Assembly: GCA_002457555.1 (NCBI GenBank)
Contig: NTJQ01000003.1
Span: 43,754-107,753, forward strand
Source: Marine Group II euryarchaeote MED-G37
GTDB taxonomy: Archaea > Thermoplasmatota > Poseidoniia > Poseidoniales > Thalassarchaeaceae
DNA length: 64,000 nucleotides
Direction: 5' to 3'
Shown here: in pieces, positions 50,249-59,744 of the stretch
Layout of the letters: each line of letters opens with the position of its first letter
How positions within the stretch are numbered: the stretch's first letter is position 1
Position numbers and translations under genes: made by a program
Notes under the pieces: model-generated
The model's database searches: none
What the model saw: only the letters and a program-made list of their open reading frames with translations
What the model was told of the DNA's origin: nothing

Positions 50249-51066
50249 TTTCCCTCAATACAATAAGGACAATATTTGGTAATGACATATTGCTCACTTT
50301 CCATTTCTTCTTCTGTCAGAGGCTCCCTGCAAGCCCAGCACATCTGAGTTGTAGTTTCTTCCAATGCCGGGTCCAGAGCAACCCTTCTATCAAAAACGAA
50401 ACAATCACCTTTCCAATGATCTCCACCAACCTGTTCAAAGTAACCTAGGATACCTCCCTCTAATTGTCTTACATCCGACCATCCTTGTTGCATCATAACT
50501 GCACTTGCTTTTTCACAACGAATGCCTCCAGTACAGAACATTACTACAGTCTGATTTTTGTCTATTTCTGACTCAGCTACAGCATCGGGGAATGCCCTAA
50601 ATGTCGATAAATTGAGGTCTACTGCGCCTTCGAATGTACCCAGTCGAACCTCGTAATCATTCCTAGTATCTAGTGCAACAATTTCTCGCCCTTGGTCTAA
50701 CCATGTTTTGAATTCCTGAGGGGTAATTGATTCTCCTGTCGATTCTGCAGGACGAATTGAATCTAGACCTAGAGAAATTATTTCATTCTTCAACCTAACA
50801 TTCATTCTCCTAAATGACATTCTATCGCTATAGGATATTTTCAGCGGAATCCCTTCGAATCTCTTATCGGATTCGAGGTATTGTAAAAAATGGTCTACAG
50901 CTGATTGTTTTCCGGAGAGGATGAAGTTTATTCCCTCATGGCTCAACAAAATTGTACCTAGCAACCCAACTTCGTCACAAGTAGATTTGAAAGGTTCGCG
51001 AAGTGTGTCCCGGTCTGGGAGATCAACGAAACGATATCCTGCAATATTCACTATTTCGTCAGTCAC
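50245..51066 (-). CDS. trhO: Rhodanese-domain protein, TrhO/UPF0176 (tRNA U34 hydroxylase) family
   Basis: GTILLSHEGIN, LDTRNDYEVRLGTF, FCTGGIRCEKAS, QLEGGILGYF, CFVFDRR, CWAC..CPYC. GTG start 51066 with AGGTGG RBS; the track's longer start overlaps the upstream gene. Confidence 0.85.
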   Translation of the reverse strand: MTDEIVNIAGYRFVDLPDRDTLREPFKSTCDEVGLLGTILLSHEGINFILSGKQSAVDHFLQYLESDKRFEGIPLKISYSDRMSFRRMNVRLKNEIISLGLDSIRPAESTGESITPQEFKTWLDQGREIVALDTRNDYEVRLGTFEGAVDLNLSTFRAFPDAVAESEIDKNQTVVMFCTGGIRCEKASAVMMQQGWSDVRQLEGGILGYFEQVGGDHWKGDCFVFDRRVALDPALEETTTQMCWACREPLTEEEMESEQYVITKYCPYCIEGN

Positions 51067-51074
51067 GCAACCAC

Positions 51075-51404
51075 CTAACTGGACTCTGCTCGTGCGACTA
51101 TACCGCTTGAAACCCACCATGCATCTCCAATAGACCAAATATAGAGGATTGGCCACAATATAACGGTCAGAATAAGTGGGAATTGAACTGCGAACCAACT
51201 AGCAGCTTTCCGGTGTTGTCGATTGAAATGTTGACCTATGAATAAGAATGGAATCAAGGCTAAAGCAATAGCAATTAATGGTCTCAATGCACCCCATGGC
51301 CCAATACCACCGCTTATTTCGTACCAGATTACTTTGACGACGCCGAGAGGGTTTGTGCTATCCTCTTCGTCGTCGATAACTTCGACGACGTAATCCGCAC
51401 TCAT
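51075..51404 (-). CDS. Small hypothetical membrane protein (2-3 TM)
   Basis: ATG 51404 with GGGGT RBS; hydrophobic segments; 8-nt gap to trhO. Confidence 0.6.
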   Translation of the reverse strand: MSADYVVEVIDDEEDSTNPLGVVKVIWYEISGGIGPWGALRPLIAIALALIPFLFIGQHFNRQHRKAASWFAVQFPLILTVILWPILYIWSIGDAWWVSSGIVARAESS

Positions 51405-51489
51405 TACCCCCTGGCCAGACCTTTGCCGAATGAATATGACGATTCCCTGACCACGCAAGACACAACTATGGAGGGCCCTTCGGAAGTAC

Positions 51490-52470
51490 GTGAAACCCCG
51501 AGTTATGCTAACATCATTCCCAGCATTTGGGGGTCACGACGACAATATCTCGATGAAAGTAATGCAGGCAATCGAATCCATTGGAATATCTGGAATTACA
51601 CTAGTAACTGAACTATTGACCTGTGATGAGGTTGGATCACGAAGAGTATCGGAGTCAATAAATCAGGGAGAGAAATTTAACGCAATCATTCACCTTGGAT
51701 TAGCCGAATCTCGAAATGAGATCTCATTGGAACGGTGGGCTCACAACGAATCTAATTTCAGGGTTGCAGATAACTCAGGACGGTTGGTTAATGAAATTGT
51801 TATTGAGGGTGCTCCTTCAAAGTATGAGACAACGGCTTCAAAGCATATATTGGATGAGGAGTTTGATGATGAAGAAGATGTAGTCTGGAGTGAATCCGCG
51901 GGTCAATTTATCTGCAATGAAACAATCTATAGGACATTAAATTCGATAGATTCAGTTGGAGAAAAAACCCCAGCGATTTTTATCCATTTGCCACCTGAAT
52001 CTGAGGTGTCACTTGATAGGCAAATGGAAGTTATCACCCGTATAATCGAAACACTGGCAACAAAACCCAGGTTAGATGTCGTAGGTGCACTGTTATTTGA
52101 TTCTCATAGGCGAATCCTGGCATGTAGGAGGCCGCCGCAGGATGTGTGGTCCGGTTGGTGGGAATTTCCTGGTGGAAAGATCGATGAGGGAGAAACTGAG
52201 AAGGAGGCTTTACGCAGAGAAATTTTGGAAGAACTAGGCATTATTGTTGAACCAAATAGTCGAGTTGCTGATCTTCAATATGAGTACGAGGATCGTCTTG
52301 TTTCATTGTCTATTTGGGATTGTGGTGTTGTTAATCCGCAATCAATTGATGCTAAGGAACACGATTTAATTTGTTGGTTAGATCAACCTTCACTCAATTC
52401 GGTGAAATGGCTTCCTGCTGACGAACCTTTGATTGAAGAATGGATGAAATCAGGAATACCTCAATCTTGA
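51490..52470 (+). CDS. Pyroglutamyl-peptidase I (C15)-Nudix (MutT-like) fusion
   Basis: Pcp: VMLTSFPAFGG, IIHLGL, ISLERWA (Glu), SAGQFICNE (Cys), FIHLP (His). Nudix: WEFPGGKIDEGETEKEALRREILEELG, WLPADEP. Confidence 0.85.
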   Translation: MKPRVMLTSFPAFGGHDDNISMKVMQAIESIGISGITLVTELLTCDEVGSRRVSESINQGEKFNAIIHLGLAESRNEISLERWAHNESNFRVADNSGRLVNEIVIEGAPSKYETTASKHILDEEFDDEEDVVWSESAGQFICNETIYRTLNSIDSVGEKTPAIFIHLPPESEVSLDRQMEVITRIIETLATKPRLDVVGALLFDSHRRILACRRPPQDVWSGWWEFPGGKIDEGETEKEALRREILEELGIIVEPNSRVADLQYEYEDRLVSLSIWDCGVVNPQSIDAKEHDLICWLDQPSLNSVKWLPADEPLIEEWMKSGIPQS

Positions 52471-52979
52471 TCTATATTGATTGTTCTCCTTCCTTTATTG
52501 TCGAACCATTCAATTGGTGTTCCATCTTGATCCATACTCAGGTCATCCCCTAAACTTCTAGGGATGCTATGTCTCCCTTCATGCCAGGTTAATTGTTCAA
52601 GCCATAAACCGAGGTCATCACCTTGCAATGAAACTTCCATAACCCCCCCAAGAGGAAGCTCCTCAACTACAAATGCCACCTTACTTACAAATGCGGCCTG
52701 CCTAGATAATTGAAAGTGAGTAGTATCTTTGTGTAGATTCATCGTCATTACATCAAAAGCAGTATCTAATATTCGATTATTTGAGCAATATTCTATTATT
52801 CTGGATAAAGACTGAGATTTCCCAGATAGTTTGCTCTCCTCTCGGGTTACCGGAAAACGGTCCTCCTCCCCTGAGATTTTGCAATCCCAATCAGGGAATA
52901 GTGACCTAATTGCCTTCTCAACTAGGGTGGCGTCCTCGTGGGTTTTTACTATGGTAGAGACAGTTATCTCCGGTTCCAT
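52461..52979 (-). CDS. UPF0201/DUF54 archaeal RNA-binding-like protein
   Basis: V.T.VK.hED...VEKAIRSLFP, RILDTA, LSRQAAFVSKVAF, WL motif. Confidence 0.7.
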   Translation of the reverse strand: MEPEITVSTIVKTHEDATLVEKAIRSLFPDWDCKISGEEDRFPVTREESKLSGKSQSLSRIIEYCSNNRILDTAFDVMTMNLHKDTTHFQLSRQAAFVSKVAFVVEELPLGGVMEVSLQGDDLGLWLEQLTWHEGRHSIPRSLGDDLSMDQDGTPIEWFDNKGRRTINIDQD

Positions 52980-53074
52980 GTCTAGCCGAGGATGTGTGCA
53001 GGTCATGATTACTATGGATAATCAGTCTCCCATGACCACGAATAATTCAAACCATTGATTTGGTAGCCCCGTGT

Positions 53075-53938
53075 ATGGTACAGCGTTCTCCGTTGATTAG
53101 CGCGGGTTTGCTACTAGCACCTACGATCTGTGTGGTCGCGCTTAGGTTTGGTCTTCCAAACATTGAGGAATTACTCAGACAAGACATCCTTGCGCAAGTG
53201 ATGATTCACACGATTGCGATAATTTTAGGGATAATTATGTACTTTAGATATCGAGTTGTTGAGGACCACGAATATCATCGCTCTAGTGCAATTAAAGAGC
53301 TATCCAGTATGTACCGACTCGAGGATAAGGGGCTATGGAGTCGTGGAGATGCGGCATTGGAAAAATTAGAGTCTCAAGCCAGTAGTGAACCTAGAGGAAG
53401 AGCAGGCTTACGATTCCAAAAGAGAATGAGCGGTAGAATTTCAGATTTGAATAAGGAAGGTTCAGAGTTTGAATTAGATTCGAAAGATTCTAGGATGGAT
53501 GTAGATGTTCAGGTAGAAGGTGCATCATCTAATTCCAATTCAAGTAAAACTCAATCAGAAGAAGTTAGTGAGCCCACCGGAGCTTTAGGAGCTAGTGCGG
53601 AAGCCTCAGCTCAACGACGCCTTGCAAAAGAATTGTCCCGCCGAGAAAAGCAAGCTGCAAAAGACGAGAAGAAGGCAAAAAAGCAGGCTAAGAAGGAAGC
53701 AAAGGCCGCCGAAAAGGCAAAAAAAATTGCAGCTAAGGCTGCTGCAAAAGTAGAAAAAGAATCGGCAAAGAAACCTAAATCCCCATCTACACAAACTAAC
53801 TGGGATGCAATAGAAGACACACAATGGCAACCTGCGGCTGCATCATCTATTTCCAAATCTGTAATCTCTTGTCAAGAGTGTGGGGCCGTAAACAATAGCG
53901 GCACCGCATACTGTAGTAGTTGCGGTGCTTTCCTGTAA
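53075..53938 (+). CDS. Two-TM membrane protein with Lys/Ala-rich coiled coil and C-terminal zinc ribbon
   Basis: Two TMs, KKAKKQAKKEAKAAEKAKK tract, CQECGAVN...YCSSCG. ATG 53075 has TTCAAA at -29. Confidence 0.7.
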   Translation: MVQRSPLISAGLLLAPTICVVALRFGLPNIEELLRQDILAQVMIHTIAIILGIIMYFRYRVVEDHEYHRSSAIKELSSMYRLEDKGLWSRGDAALEKLESQASSEPRGRAGLRFQKRMSGRISDLNKEGSEFELDSKDSRMDVDVQVEGASSNSNSSKTQSEEVSEPTGALGASAEASAQRRLAKELSRREKQAAKDEKKAKKQAKKEAKAAEKAKKIAAKAAAKVEKESAKKPKSPSTQTNWDAIEDTQWQPAAASSISKSVISCQECGAVNNSGTAYCSSCGAFL

Positions 53939-53992
53939 GCATTCCAATGGGTTGAAAACAGGTGCTTTAGAGCAATTGGTTGTGGTGGTACC

Positions 53993-55135
53993 TTGAGTCA
54001 GAAGAGAGATTACTACGAAGTATTAGGAGTGGACCGTAAAGGGTCTGACTCTGATATAAAGAAAGCCTTTCGTTCCAAGGCTAGGGAATTTCATCCAGAT
54101 AAGAACCCAGATGACCCTGATGCGGAATCGCGCTTCAAAGAAGTTCAGGAAGCTTACGCCATTCTATCTAATCCTGATGAAAGAAAAAAGTACGACATGT
54201 TTGGGCACGACCGCCCTGGTGGCTCTCCCTGGGGTTCTGGAGGGTTTCAAGGAGTCAATATCAGCATCGACGACTTATTTGGAGGTGGTTTCGACTCGAT
54301 TTTTTCATCCTTATTCGGAGGTGGAACCAGACAAAGACCATCCAGAGGCGCCGATCTTCTTATTCGCCATGTGGTGAGTTTTCAAGATGCATTTAGCGGA
54401 GTTGATGATGAATTAGAAATCGATGTGGTAAATCGTTGTGAAAGTTGTGAGGGTAGTGGTTCTCAGACTCCGGAAGGTGTCAGAGTTTGTCCAACCTGTG
54501 ATGGAAGAGGGCGATTAACTAGAATAGAAAGAATAGGTCCATTTCAACAACAAGTTACCCAAGATTGCAGAGCCTGTGGAGGCGATGGAAGAATCATACA
54601 AAATCCCTGTAAAACTTGTGCGGGTAAAGGTCGAGCAGAGCAACCAAAGAAAGTCAAATTTAGTGTTCCCGCAGGCATAGATAGTGGAACCAGATTGAGA
54701 TTGAGTGGTCATGGAGAGTCTCCTAGGAATCTAAATGGAAAACCTGGGAATCTATACATTGAAATTGAGGTAGAAGAACATGATTGGTTTGAAAGGGATG
54801 GTTCCGATTTGTTGATGGCTCTTCCAGTTAGTTATGTCGATCTTGTATTAGGCACGAGTATTGAGATACCTCACATCGATGGCTCAACTCTCAAAGTCAG
54901 TATAAACGCTGGTTCAAAACCGGGAGAGACAGTCACAATCCCAAATCGAGGCCTACCTTATCCAAGGGGGGGAAGAGGTAGGGGGGCAGTAATGGTCCTG
55001 CTCAAACTTGCAATGCCAAACAAGTTGTCCCGTTCTACTAAAAAGCAACTAAAAGAACTCAAAGAAGATTTAGATAGCGGCGCATCAGTTACTGATGACC
55101 TCCACAGAGAAGCTCGTGACCGCCGCCGCTCATGA
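53993..55135 (+). CDS. dnaJ: Chaperone DnaJ
   Basis: DYYEVLGV, HPD motif, G/F region, four CxxCxGxG repeats, C-terminal domain. TTG start with GGTGG RBS. Confidence 0.96.
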   Translation: MSQKRDYYEVLGVDRKGSDSDIKKAFRSKAREFHPDKNPDDPDAESRFKEVQEAYAILSNPDERKKYDMFGHDRPGGSPWGSGGFQGVNISIDDLFGGGFDSIFSSLFGGGTRQRPSRGADLLIRHVVSFQDAFSGVDDELEIDVVNRCESCEGSGSQTPEGVRVCPTCDGRGRLTRIERIGPFQQQVTQDCRACGGDGRIIQNPCKTCAGKGRAEQPKKVKFSVPAGIDSGTRLRLSGHGESPRNLNGKPGNLYIEIEVEEHDWFERDGSDLLMALPVSYVDLVLGTSIEIPHIDGSTLKVSINAGSKPGETVTIPNRGLPYPRGGRGRGAVMVLLKLAMPNKLSRSTKKQLKELKEDLDSGASVTDDLHREARDRRRS

Positions 55136-57289
55136 CCAGTCAATCGCCCGATTAGGTACGGCCGCCAATGGTTCACTGTTTACCAATCCGGAAAGGTGGA
55201 AGCCAATATTCGAAGGCTCTCCTGAGATGCTTAATCTGAGGAATGTACTAGTCAGAGGTGACAGAGTATCCAAGAATATTTCATCACCATTGAAGAGATG
55301 TTTAGGCGATACCTCTGCAATACTTACGCTCGCACCCTCTGGAGCATAAACACGCATTGCAGCCATTTCCCAAGCGGATTCAGCGATTCGAATTCCAATG
55401 AGCATGGTGTTGTTTCCTTCATTTATTCTCCAAGCACAAATTTCTACTTGTTCCGTATTGTGTCTAATTAGAGGCCCTCCCCAGTCTTCAACTACAGCCT
55501 GCCAAGGGCTATCACCTAGTTGATGAAGGGCAGAATCGATTACTTGTTCATTGGTTTCTTCTTCTGCAAGTAGTGTAGTCAAGCGTTCACGTAATCTCCG
55601 CAATCTCCGTAATTCGTGTTGTTCGATTTCAATTTGGTTGATTCCATCACGCCAACGATTTCGATTCCAAAAAATGACTAGTACAGCCGGTGCAAGCAGG
55701 AAAAATCCTGCAAAGATGTAGTAATCAGTAAACAGGTTCGACTGATCGGTGAATAAACCCGGGTCCATTTCGACAATGTCTCCATCATCGATGAGTTTGA
55801 AATCATAATAGGTCAAACTAGCATCGCCAATTTTCTCTACCCTAATTGCGTGGATACCATAAGGTACGTCGATTAATCCACCGTTAGAGGCATTTTCGAT
55901 TGACCAGGTTTCTTGATTTAGCACAAATATCTGGTAAGTTACCGGCTGGGTAAGGTCGGCATCGATATGTAATTTAGAACCATTAGCAGAGGTCACCTCG
56001 AAGCCAAAAACATCTACAAATTCATCCCCAGACATTCTGGCTTCGATGGTTTCATTGAAAGAAACATTAGGCCAATTTGAGAAATCATCAGAAATCACCC
56101 ATAGTCTGTCGGGTGCATCTCCCATTGCCCCAGCATCCCCTTTAGGATACTCTGTTAATGCGATATTCCACTCTGAAAGAGTTTCAGAATTCATGCGGAA
56201 CTCAAGAGCTACCGTATCAACATTCGTAGTAATTGCATTTGTGCAATCACCCTCCAAATCGAATACAGTTCCGTCTGAAGAAATCAAGGAAACTTCAAAA
56301 TTCACTTCTTCGAACCTATCCCAACAAGTTAATGTGAGCCCCATTCTACTAGCTGATTCCACACGAATGGTATCACCTTCTGTGTCACTGGATGAAACCC
56401 AGCCCCTAAGGATCTGCGCCTCGCTTGGGAATAGAAGTGGTTCACGCTCGCCCCAATCAGCAGCCAATTCCCCCCAAGAAGCCTCCAAATTAGGGGAATG
56501 TCGTAAAATGTACAATTCATAAGCTGCGAATCCATTTTCTGGCAATTGTTTGATCCTTAACCAAAGATTTCCATTTTCTGGGTAAATGAACCGGAATTGA
56601 CCATCTTCATCGGGTTCAAATGCTTCAAACAATGTCTTTGTTGAATCGTTTCTAAGCCAAAATTCTATTTCAACGGATTCCGGCATCAGGGGGACTGAAA
56701 TTTCGATGATATCACCTGCATCACCAAGGATTTCGATTGAATCTTTATCAGACCCATCGATAAGAGACCCAATCACCCAATGAACTCCAGTGGGGTGAAT
56801 CTCATGACAATTATCTATGGGACAATCCCAGGTGGGGTCTACAAGTTGTTGATTAACGGCAATACCCGGACTGGGGATATTATCTAGCCAATCATCACCC
56901 TCGATAATCATCGATGAAGAATTTGCATTTACCCATTGACTCATCTCAAAAAATAAATCATCTATTGAGGTTCCACTGTTGGCAATTACCAGAAAATCGA
57001 CCCGCCCCGAGGCTACGAAGGAGAGTTCTATTCGATTTGGGTTTGAGACGGTGTAATTTCCATCAGTAGCCATCACTTTGAGTTCTAGTCCTGGGCATGA
57101 TGACTTTTGGCACCATATCTTTATGAATATTGGAAGAGGTTGGTCAAATTCGCTTGAATTTTCGATTAGTGTGACCGAATTTTCACTATCCTGAGCGGTT
57201 GCATGAGAAACGCCTCCAATAAGGAATATGAAAAGGACGAAAATGGCATTAGCGGTCCGGCCCACGGCCCTTCGGGCCGGCTTCCCCAT
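55130..57289 (-). CDS. Single-pass membrane protein: extracellular PPC-like beta domains, TM, cytoplasmic coiled coil + globular domain
   Basis: Signal peptide. Repeated G.l....D.D.i.i motifs (GSLIDGSDKDSI, GWVSSSDTEGDTI, RMSGDEFVDVF). TM YYIFAGFFLLAPAVLVIFW, then about 175-aa tail. Confidence 0.6.
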   Translation of the reverse strand: MGKPARRAVGRTANAIFVLFIFLIGGVSHATAQDSENSVTLIENSSEFDQPLPIFIKIWCQKSSCPGLELKVMATDGNYTVSNPNRIELSFVASGRVDFLVIANSGTSIDDLFFEMSQWVNANSSSMIIEGDDWLDNIPSPGIAVNQQLVDPTWDCPIDNCHEIHPTGVHWVIGSLIDGSDKDSIEILGDAGDIIEISVPLMPESVEIEFWLRNDSTKTLFEAFEPDEDGQFRFIYPENGNLWLRIKQLPENGFAAYELYILRHSPNLEASWGELAADWGEREPLLFPSEAQILRGWVSSSDTEGDTIRVESASRMGLTLTCWDRFEEVNFEVSLISSDGTVFDLEGDCTNAITTNVDTVALEFRMNSETLSEWNIALTEYPKGDAGAMGDAPDRLWVISDDFSNWPNVSFNETIEARMSGDEFVDVFGFEVTSANGSKLHIDADLTQPVTYQIFVLNQETWSIENASNGGLIDVPYGIHAIRVEKIGDASLTYYDFKLIDDGDIVEMDPGLFTDQSNLFTDYYIFAGFFLLAPAVLVIFWNRNRWRDGINQIEIEQHELRRLRRLRERLTTLLAEEETNEQVIDSALHQLGDSPWQAVVEDWGGPLIRHNTEQVEICAWRINEGNNTMLIGIRIAESAWEMAAMRVYAPEGASVSIAEVSPKHLFNGDEIFLDTLSPLTSTFLRLSISGEPSNIGFHLSGLVNSEPLAAVPNRAIDWS
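57265..57279. repeat. GC-rich perfect palindrome
   Basis: CGGCCC-TTC-GGGCCG; lies within the first codons of the minus-strand gene and upstream of the arcS promoter box. Confidence 0.6.
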
Positions 57290-57327
57290 TAGAATGCTTC
57301 AAGCGAACCGCATCGTTAGCGGCCCCG

Positions 57328-59133
57328 ATGACAGAGGGTGCTGATGAGCGACCGCTGGCACGCAGCGTTGCTGCAAGAGGGCGTTTTGCGCGTATTTTCT
57401 CTCTTGGTGATCGAGCCTCTCCGTCATCTTGGACTCCTGGATTGGTAGTTTCCTCAGATGATCCTGAAATCCCCCTTCGATTTTCTGCATTTAGAATAGA
57501 GAGAGAATCAAGTACAATTCCTGCGAAAATGTCCATGGAAGTACTTGGTGATTTATGCTTACCATTCGGAAAACCGGAAATTTGGAATGCAGAGGAAGGA
57601 CTTATTTTACCTTCTAGTTTAGTAGAATCCGATAGTGGTCAAAACTCGATTGGGAGTCAATTATTCCCTGTCTCTTGGCAATCCTTGCATCATGATGAGA
57701 AATTATTGGAAAATTCTCTAGAACCATCCATCGTCACCCTCATCGATGCACCTCAACTTGCAGAGCGTCCAGGTAAATTGGTTGAAGCACTAGATGCAAT
57801 TAGGAGACGATTCCCGACCTCACTCATCTGGACTCCGGGAATAGGTGGTCCAGACAATTGCGCCTTACTCTCGTGGATGGGTGTCGATCTATTTGATTTC
57901 TCGAGGTCTCAGGAAGCAGTTGCAAGAGGGGTAATCCTAACCGAAGACGGACCACGTGAACCCGAGTCGACAGCGGGCGAAGTATCTGATTTACAAACTC
58001 AACTCGAGGCTTGGGAAAGAGCCCTTGGGGCAACACGTTCAGCCATCAGAGAAGGAACGATCCGACAACTTGCAGAACGACAGGCATTGTCTAGTCCCAG
58101 GTCCGTTGAGAGACTTCGAAGACACGATTCAATTATGTCTGAAAAGGCAAGTACTGATGCAGGTTCCGCTGGACTAGCGAGTGTGGTTAAAGAGGGAACT
58201 AGACTACTTTGCCATTCTTATTCAAGTAGAGATGACCCATTAATCCAAAACTGGAGACGGCGAGTATCACAATTACATACCCCTCCAAATCATCAAAGCA
58301 ATGTAATGGTCTTGTTACCTTGTTCGGCCAAGAAACCATATCGCCTTTCTCAATCACATCGCAGATTCCAAAGAGCAATCCCAACAAGGGGAGTGAATCA
58401 AGTCATGGTAACTGCACCATTAGGTTTGGTCCCAAGGGAATTAGAGGACTTCTGGCCAGCTGCTCATTACGATATTCCGGTTACTGGAGATTGGGATATC
58501 GATGAATTGCAGGTCATTCGTGAAATGGTTCGTTCATATGCAACTAGAAACGAATTTGAATTGGTCATTAACCATTCAGGAATAGATATAGAAATTCCAG
58601 CAATTCATGTTATCGACACACGACAGGGTGAATCTGCCGGCTCGCAGAATTCTCTTAATAACCTCCAAGAAGCAATAGAAGTTGCAAGCAAAGAATATCG
58701 ATTAAAAAACCCCAAGGAAAGTATTCATCGGCTTGAGAAACTCAAGTCTGCCTCCCGGTTCCAACACGGTACTGATGATTGGTTGGAAGGAACAAAAGTC
58801 AGTGGCAGACCGCCAATATTCCGTATCGAAAAGGAAAGAATACAAATTGCATTATGGAATCCTCGCTCAGGCCGATTTTCTTTCTCAAAGGCGGCATTAC
58901 CAATATTAGATGCCTGCAATGCTTTACCAAGAGTGGAATTGATTTCTAATTTTGAGTGGCGTGGAGATATATTCTCCACTAACGTAAAAAACGCGGACCG
59001 AAATATTCGTACTGGAGACGAAATTCTAGTCTTCCAAGATGGTATTTTGGTAGGTAGCGCGAGGGCTGAGGCATCGGAATGGGAATGGCCCAATGGACCG
59101 GGTAGACTGGCAAAGGCCAAACACCGTCTATGA
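57328..59133 (+). CDS. arcS: Archaeosine synthase subunit (TgtA2/ArcS; DUF5591 + PUA)
   Basis: Degenerate TGT-like N-terminus (MGVDLFD), VLLPCSAKKPYRLSQSH, TAPLGLVPRELE..PAAHYDIPVTGDW, C-terminal PUA (IRTGDEILV). Confidence 0.88.
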   Translation: MTEGADERPLARSVAARGRFARIFSLGDRASPSSWTPGLVVSSDDPEIPLRFSAFRIERESSTIPAKMSMEVLGDLCLPFGKPEIWNAEEGLILPSSLVESDSGQNSIGSQLFPVSWQSLHHDEKLLENSLEPSIVTLIDAPQLAERPGKLVEALDAIRRRFPTSLIWTPGIGGPDNCALLSWMGVDLFDFSRSQEAVARGVILTEDGPREPESTAGEVSDLQTQLEAWERALGATRSAIREGTIRQLAERQALSSPRSVERLRRHDSIMSEKASTDAGSAGLASVVKEGTRLLCHSYSSRDDPLIQNWRRRVSQLHTPPNHQSNVMVLLPCSAKKPYRLSQSHRRFQRAIPTRGVNQVMVTAPLGLVPRELEDFWPAAHYDIPVTGDWDIDELQVIREMVRSYATRNEFELVINHSGIDIEIPAIHVIDTRQGESAGSQNSLNNLQEAIEVASKEYRLKNPKESIHRLEKLKSASRFQHGTDDWLEGTKVSGRPPIFRIEKERIQIALWNPRSGRFSFSKAALPILDACNALPRVELISNFEWRGDIFSTNVKNADRNIRTGDEILVFQDGILVGSARAEASEWEWPNGPGRLAKAKHRL

Positions 59134-59208
59134 CTAAACACCCTTTGGGTGACATGCGTAGCGATTAAAGAGGGGCAGCAGGTCGGCGAGCCGCTTGAGG
59201 TGACCTAA

Positions 59209-59664
59209 GTGGCAAGAATGCACAGTAAAGGCAAAGGAAAGAGCGGCTCGGACAAGCCGAATGTTTCCGATGCTCCAAAGTGGTCCGAATTAGATAAAAA
59301 GACCGTTGAAGACCTTATTCTAAAGCTATCTGAAGAGGGTCACCCAACCGCAATGATTGGGACCATACTTCGCGATCAACATGCTGTTCCAGATGCCAGA
59401 TTGGTTACTGGTGAGAGAATCTCTGAAACTCTAATGCGAAATGGAATTGGAGGAAAGTATCCGGAAGACATGATGAATCTGATGCGACAAGCATTGAGAA
59501 TGATAGACCATCTAAATACTAATCACAAGGATTTACACAATCGCCGACAACTAGAGTTGACCGAATCTAGAATTCGTCGTTTGGCTAAATATTACAGAGG
59601 CACAGGGAAACTTGATTCGGATTGGGCCTACAAGAGAGATCAACTGCGACTAATGGTTGAATGA
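59209..59664 (+). CDS. rps15: 30S ribosomal protein uS15 (S13e/S15p)
   Basis: MARMHSKGKGKSGS, IGTILRDQH, PEDMMNL, HKDLHNRRQLELTESRIRRLAKYY. GTG start with GAGGTGA RBS; TTAAAG box at 59165. Confidence 0.97.
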   Translation: MARMHSKGKGKSGSDKPNVSDAPKWSELDKKTVEDLILKLSEEGHPTAMIGTILRDQHAVPDARLVTGERISETLMRNGIGGKYPEDMMNLMRQALRMIDHLNTNHKDLHNRRQLELTESRIRRLAKYYRGTGKLDSDWAYKRDQLRLMVE

Positions 59665-59744
59665 GTTTTACAACTCGTGAATGCTAGCAATTGCATAATT
59701 GCAAAGCGATGGAGATTTGAACCCCCTCTTTCCATCTAGGTACG

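Noticed and set aside
51067-51198. N-terminal extension of the trhO ORF
   Set aside because: It overlaps the upstream gene; homology and an RBS point to GTG 51066.
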